DNA from: Thermoproteota archaeon
Lineage (GTDB): Archaea; Korarchaeota; Korarchaeia; B14-G2
Length of the DNA: 20,137 nucleotides
Assembly (NCBI GenBank): GCA_037917675.1
Contig: JAVCBW010000007.1
Span: forward strand, 1 to 20,137
Direction of reading: 5' to 3'
Position 1 is the first letter of the stretch, and each line of letters begins with the position of its first letter. Of the stretch, positions 7,129 through 15,541 are shown piece after piece. The position numbers and the translations under genes were made by a program. The notes beneath the pieces were generated by a model. That model searched no databases. It worked only from the letters and a program-made list of their open reading frames with translations, and had not been told where the DNA came from.

Positions 7129-9401
7129 GCCACTATGATAGGATTGCTGTACTCATGCCTACTCAGCCTACTCCAGTTAGGGGTGGGGCTGAGAGGCTTA
7201 CTGAGAGCATAGTGAGGAAGCTTAGAGAGAGGGGGTATTCAGCTGACCTCATTAGGGTTGAGGTTGATGAGAGGAGGTGGGAGACTCTACTCGAGGGCTA
7301 CTGTAAGTTCTTCTACCTGGACTTAGATAGCTATGACCTGGTGATATCTACTAAGGCTCCATCTTACATGGTGAGGCATAGGAACCATGTCTCCTACCTA
7401 TATCATACTGTCAGGGTCTTCTATGACATGTTTCATGAGATCTCTTATGATAGGGAGAGCTATAGGAGGAGGGACATAGTACACTCACTTGACAAGTATG
7501 GGCTTAGCCCAAGGAGGGTTAGGAGGCACTTCGTTCTTGGGAGCCAGGTTGTTAAGAGGCTTATTGAAGCTGACAGCTACTGGCGTAGCATACCCTTTGA
7601 GGTCCTGCATCCTCCTTCTCCACTTGAGGGCTTTAGGGAGGGAGACTACAAGTATGTGTTCATAGCTGGGAGGCTTCATAGATGGAAGCGTATAGACCTT
7701 GTTGCTAGGGCTATGAGGCATGTCAAGGGTGATGTCCAGCTCCTCATTGCAGGAGATGGAGAGGATAGGGCTGCTATAGAGGAGGTGGCCTCTAGGGATA
7801 GGAGGATAGAGCTTTTAGGTGAGGTTAGTGACGAGGAGCTCCTAGAGCTCTATGCTAACGCCCTGGTTGTCCCATTCACACCTAAGTGGGAGGACTTTGG
7901 CCTGGTCACAGTAGAGGCTTTCATGAGCAGGAAGCCTGTGATAACATGTATAGACTCAGGTGAGCCTACAGTCCTCGTCAGAGATGGGTTCAGCGGCTTT
8001 GTCTCTCCTCCGAAGCCTAGGGAGATAGCTAGGAGGATAAGGTACTTCCTCAAGTGGCCTGATGAAGCTAGGAGGATGGGTAGGAATGGGTATATGACTG
8101 CTAGGAAGATAACCTGGGATAGGCTGATAAGCAGGCTTCTCGGGCTAGAGTACACTCAGCATGAGGAGAGGGGGGTTAATGTCCTCGTTACAGACAACCA
8201 GGTCTTAGATCCTCCAGTTGGGGGAGGTAGGCTCAGGATATATGACCTGTTTAGGAGCATGCCACCTGGCTTTAACGTGACCTATGTGGGTGCATTCGAC
8301 TGGCTTGGGCCAGGGTTCAGAGACCAGAAGCTCGGTGATAGGCTTAGAGAGATATGTGTCCCTATGACTGTCCCTCATATAGCAGTCGACTCTCTCATCA
8401 GCAAGGCTTGTGGAGGAGAGGTTACACTAGACGTCACTACACCATTCCTGATGAGGCTTACTCCACTCTTCAAGAGGGTTCTGAGATACTATGCTGACGT
8501 CTGTGATGTTATAGTTTGTAGCCACCCCTGGGTGTATCCTTACATCGAGAGGAGAGGGAAGCCTCTGATATATGATGCTCATAACTGTGAGTACTATATT
8601 AAGAGAGAGATCCTTGGCAGGAGTCTCCTCGGTAAGCTGCTTGCTTGGCTTGTTAGGAGGATTGAGAAGAAGCTCTGCCAGGAGTGTGATGCCATACTTG
8701 TGTGCTCAGAGGAGGATGCAGAGCTCTTCCAGAAGGCCTATGGGGTCAGTAGAGAGAAGATACATGTCATACCGAATAGCGTTAGGACTGACGTCGTAAA
8801 GCTGACGCCGCTTAGCAGAGATGAGGCTAAGAGGGATCTTGGGCTCTCAGGCAGCATAGTGCTCTTTGTCGGCAGCCCTTATGGCCCGAATATAGAGGCA
8901 GCTAAGTTCATATGTGAGAGGCTTGCTCCAGAGATGGAGGACTGTACCTTCCTGGTTGTCGGAGGGATCTCTGAGAGGCATGTGGGAGGGAAGCCAGGTA
9001 ACGTCAGGTTCACTGGTATAGTAGGCTTCAGTAGGCTCATGAGGATCTATGAGGCATCTGATGTAGCTGTCAACCCGGTCTTCAGGGGCTCTGGGTCTAA
9101 TGTGAAGATGTTCTGGTATATGGCAGCAGGAGTCCCTGTTGTCACAACTAAGGTTGGTGCTAGAGGGATTAGAGGAGAGAACATGAAGCACTTTATAGTC
9201 TGTGAGCCAGAGGAGTTCCCTAGGTACATTAGGCTACTGCTCACTGATAAGAGGCTCTATGCTAGGATTAGGCAGGAGGCTAGGAGGCTTGTTGAGGAGG
9301 CTTATGATAGTAGGGTGGTAGCTAGGAGGCTAGGGGACATAGTGCTTAGGCTTCTGGGGGAGAGAGGTGAGGATACTAGTAGTGTCAACTTACTTGCCTG
9401 A
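7125..9401 (+). CDS. Tandem two-domain GT4 (GT-B) glycosyltransferase
   Basis: Domain 1: 'RGGAE', 'GRLHRWKRID', 'EDFGLVTVEA'. Domain 2 from about 8175: 'GGGRLR', 'YDAHNCE', 'FVGSPYGPNIEA', 'GSGSNVK..YMAAGVPVVTT'. TTG start overlaps the upstream TGA (TTGA). Confidence 0.92.
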   Translation: MSHYDRIAVLMPTQPTPVRGGAERLTESIVRKLRERGYSADLIRVEVDERRWETLLEGYCKFFYLDLDSYDLVISTKAPSYMVRHRNHVSYLYHTVRVFYDMFHEISYDRESYRRRDIVHSLDKYGLSPRRVRRHFVLGSQVVKRLIEADSYWRSIPFEVLHPPSPLEGFREGDYKYVFIAGRLHRWKRIDLVARAMRHVKGDVQLLIAGDGEDRAAIEEVASRDRRIELLGEVSDEELLELYANALVVPFTPKWEDFGLVTVEAFMSRKPVITCIDSGEPTVLVRDGFSGFVSPPKPREIARRIRYFLKWPDEARRMGRNGYMTARKITWDRLISRLLGLEYTQHEERGVNVLVTDNQVLDPPVGGGRLRIYDLFRSMPPGFNVTYVGAFDWLGPGFRDQKLGDRLREICVPMTVPHIAVDSLISKACGGEVTLDVTTPFLMRLTPLFKRVLRYYADVCDVIVCSHPWVYPYIERRGKPLIYDAHNCEYYIKREILGRSLLGKLLAWLVRRIEKKLCQECDAILVCSEEDAELFQKAYGVSREKIHVIPNSVRTDVVKLTPLSRDEAKRDLGLSGSIVLFVGSPYGPNIEAAKFICERLAPEMEDCTFLVVGGISERHVGGKPGNVRFTGIVGFSRLMRIYEASDVAVNPVFRGSGSNVKMFWYMAAGVPVVTTKVGARGIRGENMKHFIVCEPEEFPRYIRLLLTDKRLYARIRQEARRLVEEAYDSRVVARRLGDIVLRLLGERGEDTSSVNLLA

Positions 9402-10422
9402 GAGGTGTGGTATCGCTAGGTATGCGTGGCAGCTTGTTGAGCACCTCAGGAGCCAGGGGCATGTGGTCAACGTCTTGGCTCCACCTGGGTCGCTCTCAGA
9501 CTTCTGTGAGGACCTTAGGGGAGCTGGTGTCCTTAGGATACTCAAGTATGCTCCATTCTATGATAAGGTCATAGTAAACTTCCATGAGTCATTCTTCTAT
9601 AGGGGGGGTGTGCTTGGTAGGCTAATCACACACATCTCGCTTTCACTGCTCTTTCTAGCTGCTAGGAACATTGAGGTGATATGCCATGAGTACCTGAGGG
9701 CAGCTGGAGGCATCTTAGGTTGGGCTGATAGGCTGCTCTTGAAAGCTATGTGGCGTCTTGCTCCTAAGGTCGTCTTCCATACGAGGAGGGAGCTTGAGGA
9801 GTTTAGGAGGAGATATGGCGATGTGAACTCTGAGGTTAGGAGGCATGGTGAGGCCTTTAGGAAGATGGCTGAAGTCAGTAAGGCTGAGGCTAGGAGGAGG
9901 CTTGGCCTCAGTGAGGAGGACTTCATACTCTTGTGTATAGGTTTTATCCAGCCTCACAAGGGCTTTGACAGGGCTCTGAGAGCCTTCAGGTCTGTTGGTA
10001 GCAGTAGGGTTAAGCTCTATGTGGTTGGGTCTATCAGGCTGCTTGGAGGATGGACTCTCAGGTACCTGAGAGAGCTTAGAGAGCTTGCAGATAGCTGTGA
10101 GAGAGCATACCTGGTATATAGGTACTTGAGTGACGAGGAGTTTGACCTGTGGATTATAGCCTCAGATGTCGTAGTCTTGCCTTACCGTGAGATATGGTCT
10201 TCAGGTGTATTGGAGAGAGCTAAGCTTTATGGTAGGCCTGTTATAGCCTCTGATGTAGGAGGCTTGAGGGAGCAGCTTTCAGATGTAGACTACTGCTTTA
10301 AGAGCGACGAGGAGCTTGAGGAGGCTCTCAGAGTGCTCTCAGAGCTGGTGGATGAGGCTTCTGCAGCCTCCTCTAGGAGAGCTGAGAGCTCTGACGCAGT
10401 CTTCTCTAGCGTGAAGGAGTGA
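9367..10422 (+). CDS. GT4-family glycosyltransferase
   Basis: 'MRILVVSTYLPERCGIARY', 'GFIQPHKGFD', 'DVVVLPY..SSGVL..GRPVIASDVGG'. Confidence 0.9.
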   Translation: MRILVVSTYLPERCGIARYAWQLVEHLRSQGHVVNVLAPPGSLSDFCEDLRGAGVLRILKYAPFYDKVIVNFHESFFYRGGVLGRLITHISLSLLFLAARNIEVICHEYLRAAGGILGWADRLLLKAMWRLAPKVVFHTRRELEEFRRRYGDVNSEVRRHGEAFRKMAEVSKAEARRRLGLSEEDFILLCIGFIQPHKGFDRALRAFRSVGSSRVKLYVVGSIRLLGGWTLRYLRELRELADSCERAYLVYRYLSDEEFDLWIIASDVVVLPYREIWSSGVLERAKLYGRPVIASDVGGLREQLSDVDYCFKSDEELEEALRVLSELVDEASAASSRRAESSDAVFSSVKE

Positions 10423-11459
10423 GCTCTCAGGAGCCCGAGCCTACCCATCTCAGCAGCCTTCTCCCTAGACTTTAGGAGGGATATGGCTCTCCACGCGATT
10501 GCTGCTGGGCTCTTTGAGACCAGGTAGCCTGTCCTGCCATCTTCTACAAGCTCTCTCACCCCTCCCTCTCTTGATGCGACTACAGGCTTTGATGAAGCCA
10601 TGGCCTCGAGGACTGCTAGGCCAAAGGGCTCTCTGTGAGGCACGTATATTAGGCAGTAGGCTTCTGAGTAGGCTTCTATGAGAGCTCTCTCGTCTAGAGT
10701 AGTGATCCTGACAGAGGCTTCTAGGCCTAGAGCTCTTATGAGGCTTATCAGCCTGCTCCTCTCAGGGCCTTCTCCTACTATGAGCAGCCTGGCTTCTGGG
10801 ATCCTCTTCGCTATCAGCTTCATGGACTCTATGACTAGGTGGATGTTCTTGTGGTAGATGAGCCTCGACACAGATAGTAGCAGCGGCGACTCTGGCTCTC
10901 TAGGCTTGTATGCGCTCAGCTTGACACCAGGATAGACTACCATGCTATCTCTACCATAGGCGAGCCTTATGTACTGTCTTGTGAACTTGGAGTTTGAGGC
11001 TATGGCATCGACTCTCAGAGCCTTTGCCCTGTCATAGGCTCTTAGAGCAGAGAGCACTATGCGTGACATGGGTGATGGGAGCCTAGACCTCGCAGCATAC
11101 TCTCTTGATAGGTCATAGAGCTCTCTTGGAGGCTCATGGCAGTACCATACTGAGGGGTGTAGTGAGATCAGGTATGATGGGAAGCTATGGAGGTTATAGA
11201 CTTGGTGCTCTCTGATAGCAGCCTGGAGTGCTGTGGCAGCAAGAGGGTAGAAGGGGAGCTTCATCATCTTCTTGGCTAAAGGGACCTCTACGACTTGAGG
11301 TAGCTTCAGGAAGCTCCACTTCCCGCTGCTGAACCTTGACGTGTATACTGTCACATGGTGGCTTCTAGAGAGAGCTTCTGCAAGCTGTAGTGTAAGCTTC
11401 TGTGCACCACCATATGCTGAGAGGTCTGGGTGGACTATAGCTACGTCTAGGCTAGCCAA
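10290..11459 (-). CDS. GT4-family glycosyltransferase (Alg2/WbaZ-like)
   Basis: 'VAIVHPDL..YGGAQ', 'WYCHEPPR.LYD', 'SNSKFT', 'VSRL..HKN', 'EPFGLAVLEAMA'. TTG at 11459 with GAGGAG upstream overlaps the wzm stop. Confidence 0.92.
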   Translation of the reverse strand: MASLDVAIVHPDLSAYGGAQKLTLQLAEALSRSHHVTVYTSRFSSGKWSFLKLPQVVEVPLAKKMMKLPFYPLAATALQAAIREHQVYNLHSFPSYLISLHPSVWYCHEPPRELYDLSREYAARSRLPSPMSRIVLSALRAYDRAKALRVDAIASNSKFTRQYIRLAYGRDSMVVYPGVKLSAYKPREPESPLLLSVSRLIYHKNIHLVIESMKLIAKRIPEARLLIVGEGPERSRLISLIRALGLEASVRITTLDERALIEAYSEAYCLIYVPHREPFGLAVLEAMASSKPVVASREGGVRELVEDGRTGYLVSKSPAAIAWRAISLLKSREKAAEMGRLGLLRAHSFTLEKTASELSALLEEAAEASSTSSESTLRASSSSSSLLKQ

Positions 11460-12207
11460 TGTAGTATCTCTCCTCTCTAAGCTTGAATACAGCATAGCCT
11501 GCCATCAGGGAGGCTGCTATAGCTGCCAGAACATAGGCTAAGCTTGAGGCTGGTGGAGGAGACGCCTCTAGGACAGCTGACCTAGCCATGGATAGCAGGT
11601 GTGTGTATGGGTTTATCATGACTATCCTCTTGAGAGGTGGAGAGACGCTTTCTAGCGGGTATACTACTGGGACTGAGAAGAACAGTAGGTTTAGGTATAT
11701 GTCTGTGAGGTAGCCTATGTCATCGTATTCAGCATAGAGTGAAGCTAGCACCATTGCTATGCCTAGAGTGAATAGGTGGGTCAGTATGAGTACTGGGAGT
11801 ATCAGGGTGCTCTCTAAGCTCAGCCTTATGCCTAGTAGAGCTACGCCTACTAGGAGGAGGGCTGCTAGGTCTCCTATGCTGTGGAATAGGGAGGAGAGGG
11901 CGTTTCCAATAGGTATTGAGAGCATGTGTATCGGTGTGGAGTTTATCAGAGCTCTCTGCTGCCTTATTGAGCTCATGACCTGAGTTGTGCAGTGAGCTAT
12001 TGTCCTCCAGACTGTCAAGCCTACTAGCAGGTATGCTCCATACTCTCTCAGGTTGAGGTTTAGTATGGCTGAGAAGACTAGCGCGAAGACAGCTAGCAGC
12101 CCTAGTGGGTGTATGAAGCTCCATAGGAAGCCTAGTAGAGAGTTCCTGTACTCTACCTTGATGTTCTTCCATGCTATGATTATGCTCGTCTTCAGTACTT
12201 CGATCAA
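11452..12207 (-). CDS. wzm: Polysaccharide ABC transporter permease (Wzm/TagG-like)
   Basis: 'EYRNSLLGFLWSFIHPL', six TMs, 'FFSVPVVYP', 'INPYTHLL..AR'. TTG start directly abuts the wzt stop. Confidence 0.92.
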   Translation of the reverse strand: MIEVLKTSIIIAWKNIKVEYRNSLLGFLWSFIHPLGLLAVFALVFSAILNLNLREYGAYLLVGLTVWRTIAHCTTQVMSSIRQQRALINSTPIHMLSIPIGNALSSLFHSIGDLAALLLVGVALLGIRLSLESTLILPVLILTHLFTLGIAMVLASLYAEYDDIGYLTDIYLNLLFFSVPVVYPLESVSPPLKRIVMINPYTHLLSMARSAVLEASPPPASSLAYVLAAIAASLMAGYAVFKLREERYYIG

Positions 12208-13395
12208 CTATATCACCCTGTAGCTTACCTCAGTTTCAGCTAGCAGCATTCCATCTGATGTCTTGTCTGCAGGAGCTACTCTGAAGCCTAGGATGTTCTC
12301 TCTCCAGTCGAAGACCTCTCTGGAGTCAGGAGTGTGTGCTGCGACAGTGAGGTTGTAGAACCCAGAGTTTAGAGGGAGCTTCTGGGTGAAGTCTACTATT
12401 AGAGTGTCTCCAGCCTTCAGCTCTGGTAGCTTCACATTCTTCCTCCAGGTGTTCGTGCCATAGACTATGCTTCCAGATGGATCTGTTACCCTTATGCCTA
12501 CTACTGGGCTGCTCACCTCACTGTTTGCTCTACAGACTACTCTCACCATGAGCCTGCTTCCAGCCTTCACTGTAGTGAGCTCACTAAGGGAGGAGGCATC
12601 TAGGAGCTTTACCTCTAGGATCTCCATCTTCTGGGTAGGGGCCTCTACATGCTCCTGTGGCTTAGACTCCTCTGTGATCACTCCCCTATTCATGTATGCT
12701 ATTATATCACACATCTTCTCAGCGAGGCTCCTGTCGTGGGTTACTACCATGAAGGTCTTGCCCTCCTCTCTCTTCTCTAGGAGGAACTCTAGGGCTTTCT
12801 TCCTGAACTTCTCGTCACCGGGAGCTAGAGCCTCATCTATGAGGATGACTTCTGGGTCATGTATGAAGCTTCTGGCGAAGGCTAGCCTAGCTATCATCCC
12901 ACTAGACAGCTTCTTCACCTTTGTGTCAGCAAACTCCTCTAGCTCAGAGAACTCGAGTGCCCACTTTATCTTCTCTCTCCTCTCTCTCCTGCTGAAGCCC
13001 ATGTAGCGAGCATAGAAGTCTAGGTTCTCTTTTACAGTCAGCTCACTATAGAGGTTGGATCCTAGAGCTACTATCACAGCAATCCTCCTCTTGAGTGCCT
13101 CTATGTCTCTCAGAGGGTTGAGGCCTAGCACTCTGACATGTCCTCTTGTAGGTGGGAGTATCCCAGCTACCATCTTGAGCAGCGTGGTCTTCCCAGCTCC
13201 ATTAGGGCCCATCAGCCCATATGACATGCCTACTTCTATGGATAAGCTGACGTTGTTGACTGCTGTGATGACTCTCTGCCTATACTTGCCTGTCAGCATG
13301 TGGAGTAGCGTATGCCTGATGCTTCTCGATGCCTCAGGTGAGGCTATGGTGAACTCTCTGGTCAGGTTCCTAGCTTCTATCGCAAGCAAGTGCAT
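12208..13395 (-). CDS. wzt: Polysaccharide ABC transporter ATPase with C-terminal carbohydrate-binding module (Wzt_C)
   Basis: Walker A GPNGAGKTT, signature LSSGMIARLAF, Walker B ILIDEALAPGD and H-loop VTHD. The C-terminal domain of about 140 aa (12211-12627) has 'IVYGTNT', 'LPLNSGFYNLTVA', 'FDWRE..GFRV'. TTG 13398 is an alternative start. Confidence 0.93.
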   Translation of the reverse strand: MHLLAIEARNLTREFTIASPEASRSIRHTLLHMLTGKYRQRVITAVNNVSLSIEVGMSYGLMGPNGAGKTTLLKMVAGILPPTRGHVRVLGLNPLRDIEALKRRIAVIVALGSNLYSELTVKENLDFYARYMGFSRRERREKIKWALEFSELEEFADTKVKKLSSGMIARLAFARSFIHDPEVILIDEALAPGDEKFRKKALEFLLEKREEGKTFMVVTHDRSLAEKMCDIIAYMNRGVITEESKPQEHVEAPTQKMEILEVKLLDASSLSELTTVKAGSRLMVRVVCRANSEVSSPVVGIRVTDPSGSIVYGTNTWRKNVKLPELKAGDTLIVDFTQKLPLNSGFYNLTVAAHTPDSREVFDWRENILGFRVAPADKTSDGMLLAETEVSYRVI

Positions 13396-13415
13396 CAAGG
13401 TACTTGAGAGGTGGC

Positions 13416-13422
13416 AATTAAA
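13416..13422 (-). promoter_or_regulatory. Putative internal TATA box for wzt-wzm-GT4
   Basis: TTTAATT on the minus strand just after the GT2 stop, centred about 24 nt before ATG 13395. Confidence 0.45.
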
Positions 13423-13423
13423 G

Positions 13424-14329
13424 TTATTGAGCTAGAGGCCCTGTGCAGATGCTAGAGCTACATGAGGCTGAGGAGGCTTCCACGATGCTTGATGCCAGGG
13501 CTTGAGCTACACCTAGAAGCATTGATGCAGCAGCTATTATCAGAGCAGCTAGGTAGTAGGCTTTTGCAGATGCTTTAGGTAGCTGTGTAGGGAGGTAGTT
13601 CACTGCATTAGCCTTTGCATCCTCATATACTGTCCTAGCCCCCCAGTAGAGCAGCTTGAGGGGGGTGAGCTTCTTGAAGACGTCGCTGTGCCTCCTGAGT
13701 ATGCTGACTACCCCTCTCCCATGCCTGATCTGGCTTAAGACTAGCTCCCTCATCCTCCAGAACGGCTCGTGGACGACCTCTGCCTCCTTCACCTGCCTGA
13801 ACTTGTAGCCTGCCTTCATTACCCTCAGCTGGAAGTCCTTGTCTTCAGCTGCCTCTAGGCTCTCATCGAACAAGCCTACTTTGATGGCTGCCTCCTTTCT
13901 GAATGCCATGTTAGCTCCCCAGAACACCTCACCAAACAAGCTCTTCTTCTCAGTCTTCTGCCCAGCTATGTTCAGTACGGTGCCGCATACGACACCGACC
14001 TCTGGGTCTCTGAAGGGCTTACATAGTGAAGCTAGCCACCTGTCTGAGGCAGGGTAGCAGTCTGCATCCAGGACCACGATTATCTCGCCTCTAGCCTCTC
14101 TCACCCCGATGTTCACTGCCATAGACTTCTTTGGGGAGCTAGCTCTCAGCACGCGAGCCCCCTTAGAGCTAGCGATCTCAGGGGTACGGTCCCTTGAGCA
14201 GCTGTCGACTACTATCACCTCAAATGGCCACTTAGCCTGCTGGGATAGCACTAGGCTCAAGCACTTCCCTATGGTTCTCTGCTCGTCTCTCGCTGGTATG
14301 ACCACTGTCACCTTTGGAGCTAAGCTCAT
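13424..14329 (-). CDS. GT2-family (GT-A) glycosyltransferase with C-terminal membrane helix
   Basis: 'VTVVIPARDE', 'VIVVDSCSRD.T', DxD 'LDADC', 'GANMAFRK..VGLFDE..EDKD'. ATG 14329 is preceded by AGGTG. Confidence 0.93.
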   Translation of the reverse strand: MSLAPKVTVVIPARDEQRTIGKCLSLVLSQQAKWPFEVIVVDSCSRDRTPEIASSKGARVLRASSPKKSMAVNIGVREARGEIIVVLDADCYPASDRWLASLCKPFRDPEVGVVCGTVLNIAGQKTEKKSLFGEVFWGANMAFRKEAAIKVGLFDESLEAAEDKDFQLRVMKAGYKFRQVKEAEVVHEPFWRMRELVLSQIRHGRGVVSILRRHSDVFKKLTPLKLLYWGARTVYEDAKANAVNYLPTQLPKASAKAYYLAALIIAAASMLLGVAQALASSIVEASSASCSSSICTGPLAQ

Positions 14330-14362
14330 TAACACCTGCCACCATGGGGCTTAGGTAGCTGG

Positions 14363-14369
14363 TTATTAT
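14363..14369. promoter_or_regulatory. Putative TATA-like tract between divergent GT2 and GT4 genes
   Basis: TTATTAT within a 64-nt gap, ending 25 nt before TTG 14394. Confidence 0.45.
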
Positions 14370-14393
14370 GTATTGATGTAGCTGGTGTAGTGG

Positions 14394-15536
14394 TTGAGGG
14401 TTGCTATGGTGAATAGCTTTTACCCGCCATGGAGGGGTGGAGCTGAGACCTATGTGAGCAACCTAGCTAGGTGCCTAGTAGAGCTTGGTCATGATGTCAC
14501 TGTGTTCTGCTCTGAGGCTCCTCTGAGAGCTGGCGTCTACTCTGATGGGGAGGTATCTGTCTGGAGGATGGCTACAGCCTTCAGGGTATATGGGACGCCT
14601 GTCTTCCCAGAGCTAGCTTACAGGCTGCTGTCAGAGGACTACGACCTTGTACACGCTAACTTCCCAAGCCCATATGTGGCCTCATGCTCTTCTCTAAGCT
14701 CGCTGCTGAGGAGGAAGCCTGCTGTGCTGACCTGGCACAACGACCTGCCTCCAGTTGCCCCAGCAGCTAGGGGGATCATATCGGTGCACGATAAGCTGGC
14801 TGCACTCTACCTCAGGTCTTTCAGAGCTATAATAGCAACCACTAGGGTTTATGCATCCAAGTCTAGGGTGCTCAAGCTGCTCTCAGATAGGGTTCATGTG
14901 ATACCCTGTGGCGTCGACGTGTGTAGGTTTAGCCCCCTAGTGAGTGGCAGGAGGGTTAGAGACGAGATAGATGGAGCTGACTGGGTTGTCTTGTTTGTTG
15001 GAGCACTGACTAGGTGGCATGGGTATAAGGGGCTTGATGTCCTCTTGAAGGCTATGAGGGCTGTCAGGAGGGCTCTCAGCGGCGTCAGGCTTATTGTAGT
15101 GGGGGAGGGGGAGCTTAAGGGGTCCTATATGAGGCTTGCTGAGAGGGTTGGAGTCAGAGACATGGTTTACTTCGCTGGAGAGGTGAGTGATGAGAGGCTT
15201 CCAGAGTACTATGCTGCAGCAGACCTGCTAGCTATGCCTAGCAAAGACGACTCTGAGGGCTTTGGTATAGTGGCATTGGAGGCCAATGCGTGTGGGAAGC
15301 CTGTGGTGGCATGTAGGGTCGGTGGAGTGGTTGAAGTCGTTAGAGACGGTGTGAATGGCATTCTGGTTGAGCCTAATAGCCCTAGTGAGCTCGCCTCAGC
15401 TATAGTTCACCTGCTGACTAGAGAAGACCTTAGAGAGGAGCTTGGGAGGAGAGGTAGGGCTATAGCTGAGATGTATGACTGGAAGCGTATAGCATCGATG
15501 GTCTCAGAGCTCTATGCTAGGGTAGCTGACAGGTGA
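14394..15536 (+). CDS. GT4-family glycosyltransferase (PimA/RfaB-like)
   Basis: 'FYPPWRGGAE', 'LFVGAL..YKGLD', 'EGFGIVALEANACGKPVV', 'YDWKRIA'. Confidence 0.94.
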   Translation: MRVAMVNSFYPPWRGGAETYVSNLARCLVELGHDVTVFCSEAPLRAGVYSDGEVSVWRMATAFRVYGTPVFPELAYRLLSEDYDLVHANFPSPYVASCSSLSSLLRRKPAVLTWHNDLPPVAPAARGIISVHDKLAALYLRSFRAIIATTRVYASKSRVLKLLSDRVHVIPCGVDVCRFSPLVSGRRVRDEIDGADWVVLFVGALTRWHGYKGLDVLLKAMRAVRRALSGVRLIVVGEGELKGSYMRLAERVGVRDMVYFAGEVSDERLPEYYAAADLLAMPSKDDSEGFGIVALEANACGKPVVACRVGGVVEVVRDGVNGILVEPNSPSELASAIVHLLTREDLREELGRRGRAIAEMYDWKRIASMVSELYARVADR

Positions 15537-15541
15537 GGTAG

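Noticed and set aside
13424-13500. Ser-rich GT2 tail (SSIVEASSASCSSS) as a remnant of a lost antisense gene
   Set aside because: The opposite strand gives only a very short ORF without motifs, so the evidence is insufficient.
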